From positions 30,281-94,280 of the IMG/VR virus record IMGVR_UViG_3300031952_000008: a stretch of 64,000 nucleotides of DNA, one strand, 5' to 3'. Positions 30,238-40,883 of this stretch are shown here, one piece after another. Under the pieces are notes generated by a model. It saw only the letters and a list, made by a program, of their open reading frames with translations, was not told where the DNA came from and made no database searches. Numbering within the stretch: the stretch's first letter is position 1; each line of letters starts with the position of its first letter. The translations under genes and the position numbers were made by a program. Source of the DNA: a virus.

Positions 30238-31298
30238 AAATAATAGTTATATGCCCTATTAAAAAAGATTATAAAGATGATACAGATATGTTTTGTGAAG
30301 GGTTTGAAAAATTAGGACATAAAGTTATTAGAATATATATGTGGATAGAAAACGGAAAGATATTTTCTGATACTATTATAGATAAAGAAGATTGCGAAAC
30401 CGCAGATGTTATATGGGCGCCATATGAACCATTAATATATCCAGCATTAAAACTTAAAGAAGACCTTAAGATACCAGTAGTTGGTCATCTTGAAATTATC
30501 CCTCAACAAAAATATAATTTAGAAAACTACGACAATCACTGGTATACCCACATATCTCCTCCAACAGATAATAATTATAGGGAACTTGAAAGGTTGCTTA
30601 AAGACTTTTTAAAGTGCGATGTTAAATCTATTACGGGACCAGAAGTTAAGTATAGAATGGAACGATTCTTAGGAAGAATATTACCACTAAATTTTTATAT
30701 AAAACCATATCCTTTAGATAGTGAAATGTTAGAGAAGTATAAAAAAGAACTTCCTTTAAAAAATCAGATACTTACAATAGACACTTTAGTGCCTTATAAA
30801 AGAATACAGCATATAGTAATTGCCCTATCTTTACTTAAAAATCCTCCAAAATATATAATAGTAGGTAAGTATCATACTGATGTTAAACAAAAGATAATGG
30901 AATTTGCCAAAACTTATAAATTAGATATAGAACTTAAAGGAATTATAGGAGATGAAGAAAAGTGCCACCTTATTCAGGAATCACTATTCCTTGTAGAACC
31001 AATGTCTTGTTTAACCGTAACAGAAGGAGCGTATTATAAAAAGGCATCAATTTGTTATGACGAACACATTATGCATGAAAGATTAGCAGATATGCCATTT
31101 TATACACCTGCTAATGATATCCCTAAACTAGCTAATTCTATCAAAATATTAGTAGAAGGAGAAATATTTAGGGATAATATAGGAAATAAAGCATATTCTT
31201 TACTTATGACTGATAAAACCAATACTCATACTTTAGAAAAAGCTTGTAAAATAGTAGAAGTAATGTTTAAAGAAGCTGTTGAGAGGTATAAAAAATGA
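30234..31298 (+). CDS. GT-B glycosyltransferase (paralog 2)
   Basis: Tandem paralog of 29125..30237. Confidence 0.75.
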   Translation: MKIIVICPIKKDYKDDTDMFCEGFEKLGHKVIRIYMWIENGKIFSDTIIDKEDCETADVIWAPYEPLIYPALKLKEDLKIPVVGHLEIIPQQKYNLENYDNHWYTHISPPTDNNYRELERLLKDFLKCDVKSITGPEVKYRMERFLGRILPLNFYIKPYPLDSEMLEKYKKELPLKNQILTIDTLVPYKRIQHIVIALSLLKNPPKYIIVGKYHTDVKQKIMEFAKTYKLDIELKGIIGDEEKCHLIQESLFLVEPMSCLTVTEGAYYKKASICYDEHIMHERLADMPFYTPANDIPKLANSIKILVEGEIFRDNIGNKAYSLLMTDKTNTHTLEKACKIVEVMFKEAVERYKK

Positions 31299-32083
31299 TG
31301 TTTCATAAAAGTGCACAATTCTATGATGATTTTTATAATGCCAAATATGATGGTAGGTCTGATAAAGAGGTAAAATACTTAGAAAGTATTATAAAAAAAT
31401 ATAAGGCTAAAAAAATACTTGATTTAGGATGTGGAACAGGAAGACATACACTTGCACTTGCTAAAAAAGGATATGATATTATAGGTGTAGATATTTCGGA
31501 AGATATGATTGATATTGCATTATTAAAAAAGAATAATGCGGATATAAATACTTGGTTAAATACAACTTTTGTAGTGGGAGATATGAGAAATACCTATTGT
31601 GGAAGCAATTTTGACCTAATTTATTCAATGTTTCAATCAATGAACTATCTATTGACGGATTCGAATTTAAGAGATACTCTTTATAATGTAAATACTCAAT
31701 TAAAAAAAGGAGGAATATTCGTTTTCGACTGCTGGTATGGTCCCTCTATTGAAAAATATGGTTGTCCTAAAAAATCTTTCTCTATCAATAAAGGAGATTA
31801 TAAGATATTTAGGGATAGTATAAGTACAATACATTATGGAACCAGAACTGTAGATGTAGAACAATATTTTACTTTATTAAATACCAAAAGTTTACTACAT
31901 AGATTGTTTTTAAGTTATCATTTTAAAGAAAAACATACTATGCGTTTTCACTACTTGACAGATATAGCACCTTTAATACAGGATGCAGGATTTGAGATAG
32001 TAAAGATAGAAGAATGGATAACTAAAAAGAAACCTTCTCCAGATACTTGGGCTATTACTTTTATATGTAAAAAGGTGAGATAA
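31295..32083 (+). CDS. Class I SAM-dependent methyltransferase
   Basis: ILDLGCGTG, GVDISEDM, GDMR and LKKGGIFVFD motifs. Confidence 0.9.
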   Translation: MMFHKSAQFYDDFYNAKYDGRSDKEVKYLESIIKKYKAKKILDLGCGTGRHTLALAKKGYDIIGVDISEDMIDIALLKKNNADINTWLNTTFVVGDMRNTYCGSNFDLIYSMFQSMNYLLTDSNLRDTLYNVNTQLKKGGIFVFDCWYGPSIEKYGCPKKSFSINKGDYKIFRDSISTIHYGTRTVDVEQYFTLLNTKSLLHRLFLSYHFKEKHTMRFHYLTDIAPLIQDAGFEIVKIEEWITKKKPSPDTWAITFICKKVR

Positions 32084-33231
32084 TGAAAACTATTCCAGTT
32101 TGTGAGCCTACTCTTATAGGAAATGAAAAGAAATATGTTAATGAGTGTTTAGATACTAACTGGATTGGTTCTCAAGGTAGATTTATTAAAGAATTCGAAA
32201 CAAAGTTCGCCGAGTTCTGTAAAACAAAATATGCTGTTACTTGTTCTAATGGAACAACAGCTTTACACTTGGCTTTACTAGCTTTAGACATTAAAGAAGG
32301 AGATGAAGTTATAGTACCAACATTTTCTTTTATAGCAAGTTCTAATGCTATAGTTTATGTAGGAGCTAAACCTATATTTATAGACTCCGAACCTATTACT
32401 TATAATATGGATATATCTAAAATAGAGGAAAGAATAACAGAAAAAACCAAGGCTATAATGGTAGTTCATATATTTGGTCAGCCTATGGATATGGATAGGG
32501 TTGTTGAAATTGCCAAAAAACATAACCTTTATATAATAGAAGATTGTGCCGAAGCACACGGGGCCGATTATAAAGGAGACCCTGTAGGAACTATAGGAGA
32601 TGTAGGATGTTTCAGTTTTTATGGAAATAAAATAATTACCACAGGAGAGGGCGGTATGTGCGTTACTAATAACGAAATTCTTTATAAAAGAATGGATTTC
32701 CTTAAAAATCAAGCTTTTGGCGAAATAAGATTTATACATAACGCAGTAGGTTATAATTATAGAATGACTAACATACAAGCCGCTATTGGTTTAGCTCAAT
32801 TAGAAAAGGCCGAAATTCTTATTAGAGGAAGGATAGAGAACGCTTTATTTTATAATAAAGAACTTAAAGATGTAGAAGGAATAACTACCCCATCAGAATA
32901 CGAGCATGGTAGACAAGTATATTGGATGTATGGAATTACTATAGATGAAAAAAAGTTTGGGTTGAATAGAAGTATTATTCAAAAAGAACTAGAAAAGTAT
33001 GGTATAGAAACAAGGTCTTTCTTCTTTCCATTAAATCTACAACCTGCATATATAAACTATGGAATAGATTATATAAAATGTCCAATAGCAGAAGAACTTT
33101 GGAATACAGGATTTTATCTTCCTTCATCAAGTCAATTAGCAGTTGAAGATATACATTATATATGTAATACTATCAAAAATATTAAAACTAATGCTAAAAA
33201 GATTAAAAAGAAGTATGAAGAACTAGAATGA
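32083..33231 (+). CDS. Perosamine-synthase-like DegT aminotransferase
   Basis: SNGTTALHLAL, EDCAEAHG, FSFYGNKIITTGEGGM (PLP Lys present) and GYNYRMTN. Confidence 0.9.
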   Translation: MKTIPVCEPTLIGNEKKYVNECLDTNWIGSQGRFIKEFETKFAEFCKTKYAVTCSNGTTALHLALLALDIKEGDEVIVPTFSFIASSNAIVYVGAKPIFIDSEPITYNMDISKIEERITEKTKAIMVVHIFGQPMDMDRVVEIAKKHNLYIIEDCAEAHGADYKGDPVGTIGDVGCFSFYGNKIITTGEGGMCVTNNEILYKRMDFLKNQAFGEIRFIHNAVGYNYRMTNIQAAIGLAQLEKAEILIRGRIENALFYNKELKDVEGITTPSEYEHGRQVYWMYGITIDEKKFGLNRSIIQKELEKYGIETRSFFFPLNLQPAYINYGIDYIKCPIAEELWNTGFYLPSSSQLAVEDIHYICNTIKNIKTNAKKIKKKYEELE

Positions 33232-34289
33232 TAACTCCCAAACTATACGGATTAACTGTAGAAGTCACTAATATATGTAATCTACATTGTAGTATATGCT
33301 TTAAACGAGGATTAGAAAAGATGAAACCTCAACATCTTAAATTAGAAACATTTAAAAAGCTTTTAAATGAAGCAAACCCTACAAATACTATTTGTTTTGT
33401 TGGATTGGGAGAACCACTTTTGAATCCGGATTTTTATAAGATATTAAAAGAATCCGATAATAGGCATTTAGCTATCAATATGGTTACTAATGGTGTTTTG
33501 ATGGATGAAACTTGGTGTAGAAAAATAGTAGACCTTAGAGTTAGTAAAATAAGTATCTCCCTTGATGCGGCTACTAAAGAAACATATGATAAGATACGAT
33601 TAGGCTCGGATTGGGATAAAGTTATTAAAAATATTAAAACCTTAGTTAAGTTAAGGAATGAATCCGTAACTAAATATCCTCATATTAGAATTGATATGGT
33701 TATGACCAAACAAAACGTTCACGAATTACCTTTATTAGTTAAATTAGGTAAGGAATTAGGAGTAGATTCGGTAAGTACATTACATCCACAATGTTTATTA
33801 AAAGGATTAGAAAAAGAACACATTATCGAAATAGACTTAAACGATACTGTAGATTATTACAAAAAATCAATACTTTTATCTAAAGAACTAGATATAGGGT
33901 TAAAACTTAGACCATTAATAATTAATCTTACAAAATGTAAATCTCCTTGGCTTGATAGTTATATGGATGTTTATGGAGATATATATCCCTGTTGTCTTAT
34001 TGGTTGTATAAAAAGTAGAGCAATAGAGCATTTTAAAGATGTTCCCATGAATTTAGATTTTTCGGACATGGTAATGGGTAATATTCATAAAGATAATTTT
34101 ATGGATATATTTAATAGTAAAAAATATAATGATTTCCGAAACGATACCTTACTAACTTTTATGGAACAAGACATGGCTAACGAAAAAACTAAATTTACTA
34201 TGGAAGATTATATTAAATTAAGGAAGGAAAACAAGGTATGTAAGAATTATTGTAACGTTTGTGGCGTAAGATTTGGGATGGTGTGTTAA
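33228..34289 (+). CDS. Radical SAM / SPASM protein
   Basis: CNLHCSIC, GEPLL, C..PW...YGDIYPCC and C-terminal CxxC. Confidence 0.92.
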   Translation: MITPKLYGLTVEVTNICNLHCSICFKRGLEKMKPQHLKLETFKKLLNEANPTNTICFVGLGEPLLNPDFYKILKESDNRHLAINMVTNGVLMDETWCRKIVDLRVSKISISLDAATKETYDKIRLGSDWDKVIKNIKTLVKLRNESVTKYPHIRIDMVMTKQNVHELPLLVKLGKELGVDSVSTLHPQCLLKGLEKEHIIEIDLNDTVDYYKKSILLSKELDIGLKLRPLIINLTKCKSPWLDSYMDVYGDIYPCCLIGCIKSRAIEHFKDVPMNLDFSDMVMGNIHKDNFMDIFNSKKYNDFRNDTLLTFMEQDMANEKTKFTMEDYIKLRKENKVCKNYCNVCGVRFGMVC

Positions 34290-34290
34290 A

Positions 34291-35382
34291 ATGCGTGTAC
34301 TTTACTTAGCTATGGAGAGTGCGAATTGGATTTTAAATTTGTGCAATGAAATATGCAAAAAAGGGCACGAGGTTACTTGTGTAGTTCAGGGAGTAGATGA
34401 GTACGATAAAGAACATCCTATCATACCCCACGAAAATTTAGAAATTATCTATTGTCCTTATAGAACATTTACAACTCCTTTAGAATTTCAGAAATCGGAT
34501 GTTATGAGAAAACTGATACCTCAAAAATTTGACATAGTGTTCGGTTCCCACGTTCAAGTAAGTCCTGTTACCAAAATGGTTGCTGAAACATTCGGTCTTC
34601 CTTGGGGAATAATGTTATTGGATATACCTACACATCTTATGAAAGTTCAAAGAGGTAGAATGATGGATTGGGTATATTATTTTGACGTAATGAAGTTTGC
34701 TAATGTAATACTTTTTAATACCCACATCGCAAGGGATGAATATTATAAATATACTCATCAATGGTTTGATGACCCTTGTGTTATAACTTATGGAATTAAC
34801 ATGAACGAAGAATACTTTAAAAGTGGATTGGATACTAAAGGAGATTATGTACTTTCTGTGTGTAGAATGAACGAACAAAAGAATTGTAATCTTATACCAA
34901 GAGCATTAGGACTTATTACCGGAATAAAAAAGTATATAGCAGTAGGTTGGGATGATGGAGATTTGGAACTGACTAAAAGACTTTGTGAAGTTAATGGAAT
35001 AGAATTTGAACATTATGAAAATCTTAGTGAAGAAAATAAATTTAAACTAATTAGGGATTGTGCCATGTTAATCTATCCTCAAAAAACAGAATATATAGGA
35101 GGTCTTAGTCCTTGGGAAGGACTGTATGCTAGTAAGCCTGTATTAGTCCCTAAATTAAAAGTTTTGCACGACCTTTATAAAAGTCATGCCATTTATTTTG
35201 AAAACGATAACTCCGTATCCTTAGCAAGAGAAATTTCTTTTACTAATGATATAAGACCTGAAATAACAAGACCTCTTAGGGAACAAGGTGCAGATTTTGC
35301 CAAGATAGAATCTAGTTTTGAAACAATGGCTAGTAGAATGTTACATATATTTGATTCAATAATAAGGAACGTGCAAAAATGA
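34291..35382 (+). CDS. GT4-like glycosyltransferase
   Basis: EYIGGLSPWEGLYASKPV. Confidence 0.8.
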   Translation: MRVLYLAMESANWILNLCNEICKKGHEVTCVVQGVDEYDKEHPIIPHENLEIIYCPYRTFTTPLEFQKSDVMRKLIPQKFDIVFGSHVQVSPVTKMVAETFGLPWGIMLLDIPTHLMKVQRGRMMDWVYYFDVMKFANVILFNTHIARDEYYKYTHQWFDDPCVITYGINMNEEYFKSGLDTKGDYVLSVCRMNEQKNCNLIPRALGLITGIKKYIAVGWDDGDLELTKRLCEVNGIEFEHYENLSEENKFKLIRDCAMLIYPQKTEYIGGLSPWEGLYASKPVLVPKLKVLHDLYKSHAIYFENDNSVSLAREISFTNDIRPEITRPLREQGADFAKIESSFETMASRMLHIFDSIIRNVQK

Positions 35383-36077
35383 AACAGATACCAAATTATT
35401 TTATAAATGCAGTAAAAGAATGTTATGGAATAGATAGGGATGATTTTATAAAAATATTAGAAGACCCTGCTACAAATCAAAAAGCTTGTAATGATGAATG
35501 GGAACATAGAGAAACAAACGATTCCTTTTATCAACATTCTAAAAATTATGTATTTGGGTTAATAGGATTTAATAATCATACTAGAGTATTTAAAGTATTA
35601 TGCCCTATTATGGAAGCGGAAAATAAGAAAATACTTGATTTTGGTGGCGGGATTGGAGAATTAGGTATGCAAATGACTGAAGGTAATGATGTTTACTATT
35701 ATGATTTAGATGGGGAGATACAAAACTTTGCTAAATACTTATCTGCTATGACTAATAGACCTATGACCTTTCTTAAAGAAACAGAAGTTTTTGAACAAAA
35801 ATATGATATTATATTAATTATGGATGTATTAGAGCACTTAGAAGACCCTGTAGGAATACTTAAAAAGTTAATAGATTGTTTAACCCCTAGAGGAATTATA
35901 ATAACTAGTGGTTATAATTTTGTAATTAAAAAAGAATTCCCTATGCATTTGCCTAAAAATAAGGAAGCGAGACAAGGAATATCTGATTTGATGTCTAAAA
36001 ATTTTGATTCATTCTATACTCATTATACAAAAGATGAGACTATATTTGGTATTTATAAAAGGGAGGAGATAAAATGA
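35379..36077 (+). CDS. Class I SAM-dependent methyltransferase
   Basis: ILDFGGGIG and DVLEHLEDP. Confidence 0.88.
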   Translation: MKQIPNYFINAVKECYGIDRDDFIKILEDPATNQKACNDEWEHRETNDSFYQHSKNYVFGLIGFNNHTRVFKVLCPIMEAENKKILDFGGGIGELGMQMTEGNDVYYYDLDGEIQNFAKYLSAMTNRPMTFLKETEVFEQKYDIILIMDVLEHLEDPVGILKKLIDCLTPRGIIITSGYNFVIKKEFPMHLPKNKEARQGISDLMSKNFDSFYTHYTKDETIFGIYKREEIK

Positions 36078-37063
36078 AACGAGTATTTTTAATAGCACCG
36101 TTAGAGGATAATCAGACTGGGTATTACGTTTATGATGCATTTAGGGAACTAGGTTGGGCTGTTGCCATATTAGACCCTAGAGAAGTTGCTAAAAAAGTTG
36201 GGTTGGAGAAGTTACAGACTTTAATAGTTCAACAAATAGACCACTTAAATCCTAAACCTGACTTATTGCTCGTTTTAAAAGGGTTAGAAGTATCTACTGA
36301 GGTTATAGAGTATGCTAAACGACAAGGTATTAAAACCGCTTGTTGGATTTATGATGCCACACTCAATGGAGTTCCTTTACATGAATGTAAACAATATATA
36401 GAACAAATGAAACACTACGATACATTCTATACTTATTGCGATAATGTAGATGAACTATTTGAAGCCGGACTTACTAATGTTAAATTCTTAGCAGAAGGAT
36501 ATGACCCTGTTAGGAACGGAGAGCAGATTATTAATTATTACTTAGAGAAAAAGTTCGGAAGCGATATTCTTTTTATAGGCTCGATGGATAATATACATCC
36601 TTGTAGGGAAGACTTTTTGGAAAGGGTAATTGATGAAGGTTTTGAACTTAAAATTTATGGAGAGATTAAAAAGAAGATTAGTCCTAAAATACATAGTAAA
36701 CATCAAAAGGTTGCTTTAATTAATGAATTTCACAGTTACGCCAGTCAAGCAAGTAAAATTTGTTTAGGAGGACTAGATAGCGATTTTATGACCAAAAGGT
36801 CTCACTCTGCTAGGGTTTATAGAACTCTTGCTTGTGGTGGTTTTTATCTTTGTAGAAGAACTGCTGAGATAGAAAAAGATTTTACTATCGGAGTTCACTT
36901 AGATGTATTCGATACCCCGGACGAAATGGTTGAAAAAATAGTTTATTACTTAAACCATCCTGAAGAGAGGAAGAGAATAGCGGATGCTGGAAAGGAAAAG
37001 GTTAAGGAATATACTTTTGAAAAAAGACTACTGGGAGAATTCGGAAGAGGAGATGTAGAATGA
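36074..37063 (+). CDS. CgeB-like glycosyltransferase
   Basis: DILFIGS, SKICL, RVYRTLACGGFYL and YYLNHPEERKRIA motifs. Confidence 0.85.
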   Translation: MKRVFLIAPLEDNQTGYYVYDAFRELGWAVAILDPREVAKKVGLEKLQTLIVQQIDHLNPKPDLLLVLKGLEVSTEVIEYAKRQGIKTACWIYDATLNGVPLHECKQYIEQMKHYDTFYTYCDNVDELFEAGLTNVKFLAEGYDPVRNGEQIINYYLEKKFGSDILFIGSMDNIHPCREDFLERVIDEGFELKIYGEIKKKISPKIHSKHQKVALINEFHSYASQASKICLGGLDSDFMTKRSHSARVYRTLACGGFYLCRRTAEIEKDFTIGVHLDVFDTPDEMVEKIVYYLNHPEERKRIADAGKEKVKEYTFEKRLLGEFGRGDVE

Positions 37064-37218
37064 GTACTTTTAAAATAAATAAAGACCTTTTGCATAAAGT
37101 TAATAAAAGAGGGTATTGTCTTTGTAGTATAAATAAAGCAGATACTTGCCCTTGTAATTTTTTTTTAGAAACCGATAATTGTAGGTGCGGAGTTTATATA
37201 AAAATAGAGGAGGATTAA
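37060..37218 (+). CDS. Miniature ferredoxin:thioredoxin reductase catalytic-subunit-like Cys protein (52 aa)
   Basis: Not in the track. GYCLC...TCPC...CRCGVY parallels the CPC/CPC/CHC pattern. Confidence 0.6.
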   Translation: MSTFKINKDLLHKVNKRGYCLCSINKADTCPCNFFLETDNCRCGVYIKIEED

Positions 37219-37518
37219 ATGGAAAAACGAAATCATGCATGGGGGTATGAGCTAATCCTTTGGAAAGACAAAAAGTTTACAGTAAAACTTATACATATAG
37301 ACAATAGTTGTGAAACCGAAGTACATAAGCATATGTATAAGAAAGAATTATTAGTAGATGAGGGACTAAATACAATTTTCGTGGACACTCAACAACTTCA
37401 TGCATTAGTTTGTGAAAAAGGTAGAAATTTTACAGAATTTATAGAGGTTAGTAAAAACGATAGTGACTTTGATAATATAAAGGTAAACATTTATGAGAAC
37501 AATAAAGGAAATAGTTAG
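37219..37518 (+). CDS. Cupin (mannose-6-phosphate isomerase type II-like)
   Basis: HAWGYE...HKH..KKE...HAL...IEVS. Confidence 0.65.
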   Translation: MEKRNHAWGYELILWKDKKFTVKLIHIDNSCETEVHKHMYKKELLVDEGLNTIFVDTQQLHALVCEKGRNFTEFIEVSKNDSDFDNIKVNIYENNKGNS

Positions 37519-39148
37519 TGATTTTGTAAAATTTTATTCATACTTTAACGAGGACTATAAAAACATTAACCTAGATGACCCTATACAGTTTTCCGTGGTC
37601 TTTCAAAAACTTATTTCCAAAGTTTATGAAGAAAAAAATGGTTGTTTTTACTTTAAAAAGTTCATTTTAGGTCCTATGGAAGAGACTGGAAGTGGTGGAA
37701 TACGATGGAATAGTCTATTCCAACGATGGTTTGATATTCAAAGACGTAATAAAGGTAAGTATTTATCTCTATTATGTAGTAGAAGTCATGGTAAAACCAC
37801 GTTTTTTAGCATAATTATGACGATTTATAAAGCTTATATTCATAAAAACTATCAACAAGTCATCATTTCCGCCTCATCCACGCAATCTGACCTTATAATC
37901 CGAGATATTAGAACTATTATTGAAAATAACGAGCTTTTGTTCAAATTAGTCGATTTTAAGCATTGGAGCACTGAATTTCTTGCTTTTAATGGTGGATTCA
38001 TCATTTCTCGAGGTATCGGAGCAGAAATTAGAGGATTACACCCTCATAGAGTAATTTTGGATGATATACTTAGGTCTGATGAGAAACTTTCTAAGGATAA
38101 GATAGAAAGTTATGTATTCGAAGACATTATTCCAGCTATATCTCCCAAAAATGGAGACTTAGTTATAGTAGGAACTAAAAAAGATGCTACTGATATATTC
38201 AGTTGTATAGGGGAAATGATAAAAGATGGTGCTACTAAATGGAAGTTTTATAAGTTCCCAGGTATTTTAGACTTTGAAAAGAAAATTACTTTAGCTCCTG
38301 ACCTTAAGAGTTTTGATGAATTAATGGAAATGAAGAAAACCATGGGCACTCTTAGGTTTAATAAGGAAATATTGTGTGAGGCCATCGCTGAGGGGTCTAG
38401 AATTTTTGATGAAAACCTACTTGAATTAGCTAAGGATAAAACTTTAACTTACGAAGATACTCCAGAAAAGGGAGCAAGTTACTATGCTGGAGCCGATTTA
38501 GCTAGGAGCGGTAGTGCTAGTGCAGATTTTACTGCTGTAGTTTTCCTTAAATTTATAGAAGCTTATAATTATATGGTAGTGGCGGATGTTTATCATAAGA
38601 AAGGAATTAAAATAAGGAACCAAGTTAAAGATGTTAGTTTATTATGTGAAAAATTTAATGGAGCCATTATATTAGTAGAGGAGAACAATTTCGGAAAAGA
38701 TTTCATTGACTTAATGGCTGAAGAATACAATACCGCAGTTGAGCCTATAAGAACCACGGATAAAACCAAAGAAGATATAGTAAGGATATTAATAACTTCT
38801 TTTGAACAAGAAAAGATTAAGTTTCCTTACATGACTGAGGGAGATAGAAGGCTTACTGAATTAGTGCTTGATGAACTTAGAAATTATGTTGTCAAACTAA
38901 CCCCGGCAGGGAATGAAAAACTTGAAAGTTCCGGGGGCAAACATGATGACTTAGTTGATGCTTTAGGTTTTGCTCTTAAATGTAGCAGGATTAGCGGTGC
39001 AGAACCGGGACCTCTTGCTAAAGGAAGTAATGATAGAGGTAGTGAATTAGAGAACATGATAGATATGGGAATGATTCCCGAAAGAGAAAGCATGGATGGG
39101 TTAGATATGCCCACAATATTTTTTAACAATAGGAGGAACACAAGATGA
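37493..39148 (+). CDS. terL: Terminase large subunit
   Basis: Walker A SRSHGKTT, Walker B VILDD, nuclease motifs GADLA and HDDLVDAL. Confidence 0.92.
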   Translation: MRTIKEIVSDFVKFYSYFNEDYKNINLDDPIQFSVVFQKLISKVYEEKNGCFYFKKFILGPMEETGSGGIRWNSLFQRWFDIQRRNKGKYLSLLCSRSHGKTTFFSIIMTIYKAYIHKNYQQVIISASSTQSDLIIRDIRTIIENNELLFKLVDFKHWSTEFLAFNGGFIISRGIGAEIRGLHPHRVILDDILRSDEKLSKDKIESYVFEDIIPAISPKNGDLVIVGTKKDATDIFSCIGEMIKDGATKWKFYKFPGILDFEKKITLAPDLKSFDELMEMKKTMGTLRFNKEILCEAIAEGSRIFDENLLELAKDKTLTYEDTPEKGASYYAGADLARSGSASADFTAVVFLKFIEAYNYMVVADVYHKKGIKIRNQVKDVSLLCEKFNGAIILVEENNFGKDFIDLMAEEYNTAVEPIRTTDKTKEDIVRILITSFEQEKIKFPYMTEGDRRLTELVLDELRNYVVKLTPAGNEKLESSGGKHDDLVDALGFALKCSRISGAEPGPLAKGSNDRGSELENMIDMGMIPERESMDGLDMPTIFFNNRRNTR

Positions 39149-39552
39149 AAACAACTATAATAGCTTTATTAGCAATGCTTTTACTAAGCATGGTAGTAAT
39201 TGCTTCGGAAGATAGCGAACCTAACCTTATTTCCGAACAAAATAAGGTAGATAAGATAGATAGGTTGGCTGGAATTGCTAATGCAATTACTAGAGGAAAT
39301 AAGAGTGAAGAAACAATTCAGAAACTAACCGAGGTCTTGAACAAGATAGAAGATAAAAGGTTAGAAGTTATACAGAAACTTGAAGACTTAAAGATAGACA
39401 TGAATAAGACCAAAGACAAGGTATTAATAGAAGGAGAGAAAGAGGGTAAGTTCTTAGGTTTATTTAAGGCTAGACATACTGAAATGTATGAAGTAAGTGA
39501 GGATGGTTCCGTTAAGGAGAAAGGTTGGTTTAAGTGGCTATGGAAGGATTAA
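39145..39552 (+). CDS. Secreted or membrane-anchored hypothetical protein
   Basis: Signal peptide MKTTIIALLAMLLLSMVVIA. Confidence 0.6.
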   Translation: MKTTIIALLAMLLLSMVVIASEDSEPNLISEQNKVDKIDRLAGIANAITRGNKSEETIQKLTEVLNKIEDKRLEVIQKLEDLKIDMNKTKDKVLIEGEKEGKFLGLFKARHTEMYEVSEDGSVKEKGWFKWLWKD

Positions 39553-39798
39553 AGTTAGAAAATAGATTATCCGAAACCAGATAGTTATTCTGGTGAAATA
39601 AAGGTTTTACCAACTTTACCAAAGTATAGTTATGTATTCAGTTGCCCAAAGTGTGGAAGTCACAACTTTATAGACTTCGTGGACACTGATTGTCCAACAT
39701 TTTGGGACAAGGATGATGTAAAAAGAATATGTGCTTGGTGTTATGAAGGCGGCTTGGATGAAAAGGAAAGTGGATGTTATGGTAAAACCGAACAATAA
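39540..39798 (+). pseudogene. Zinc-ribbon gene, frameshifted or with an ATA start; paralog of 40408..40602
   Basis: Frame 39562..39798 encodes EIKVLPTLPKYSYVFSCPKCG...CAWC but has no upstream ATG. The ATG at 39540 is one base out of frame. Confidence 0.45.
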
Positions 39799-39899
39799 TT
39801 CGAAACATTTAAATAGTTGAACATACATTACTATATATACCTCTAAGATTTTTATATAAAATTTATAAAGTTTATAAGAATTCTTAGTTTATCTTAAAA

Positions 39900-40346
39900 A
39901 TGTTTAAAACAAGTATGCCTAAAGATTTAGAAGAACGCCTTAAAAGTTTCTCTATAGTATTTAAGGAAAACGATAAGGTTCCTGATAGCATTAATAGTAT
40001 CAACTATGTTATTAAAGATTACATTAGTAATTATTGGAAAGACTTGGAAAAGATTAGGGACTTAAATGACCAAAACTTTATTGCTTTCGAATCCTCCCTC
40101 TACTCTTATCTTAGGAAATATTATATTGGTAAAACTCCTTTAACTAGTAAGGTCTTGGATGTGGCGGATTATTTTGTGGGGTTAGAACATGTTCAAGCAC
40201 CGATTGATAAGATTAGGGAAATGGTTAAGGTGTACATGGTTAGTAAGGACTTGTATGAAGGTAAACTGGCTGGGTTGGATAGTGAAAGCTTTCGTCAAGT
40301 TCGTACAGATGTTTACCAAGTTCTAAAGCGTGTCTATAAACGCTGA
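39900..40346 (+). CDS. Hypothetical protein
   Basis: 148 aa, downstream of CGAAACATTTAAATA at 39801. Confidence 0.6.
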   Translation: MFKTSMPKDLEERLKSFSIVFKENDKVPDSINSINYVIKDYISNYWKDLEKIRDLNDQNFIAFESSLYSYLRKYYIGKTPLTSKVLDVADYFVGLEHVQAPIDKIREMVKVYMVSKDLYEGKLAGLDSESFRQVRTDVYQVLKRVYKR

Positions 40347-40407
40347 ACACAAAACTTTTGAGTTATTATATTCATAATAACTTTATGTTTTTATATGGTA
40401 AATTATT

Positions 40408-40602
40408 ATGCCAAAAAATTCCCAAGAGTCATTTTATCAAAATGACACAAAAGACATCTTTCTAAACCAGAACGGTTGGAAAATAACAATACTACCACCA
40501 CTACCCACCTATTTCTCATACAACTGCCCCAAGTGCGGCGTATCCCTAAGATTCGGCAAAACAGTAACCGCCACAACAACATTCTGTAATACGTGCCAAT
40601 AA
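40408..40602 (+). CDS. Small zinc-ribbon protein
   Basis: CPKC...CNTC. Confidence 0.55.
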   Translation: MPKNSQESFYQNDTKDIFLNQNGWKITILPPLPTYFSYNCPKCGVSLRFGKTVTATTTFCNTCQ

Positions 40603-40791
40603 GGGAATAGTAGATGTAACAATAGCAATACCCCAAATTCTTTACGAAGTTAGTTTTTCTAAAAATATACCCCGCTGGCAGAGGAGTAGAGCTATAGAGT
40701 TATCTTGCTTGTTTAGACTATTCTTGTCACTACTAAGTATTAACTACTATATAGTGACGATTTTTATTTGTTTCGCCGTGCCTTGTATTTA

Positions 40792-40806
40792 CGAAAGATT
40801 TATATA
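40792..40806 (+). promoter_or_regulatory. BRE+TATA early promoter
   Basis: CGAAAGATTTATATA, identical to the copy at 45809. Confidence 0.75.
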
Positions 40807-40883
40807 CTTGTTCTACTTAATAGCTTTTATTTCGTAATTAATAGTTACGAAAGATTAGTTAAACATTAGTGAGCGTGAATAAA

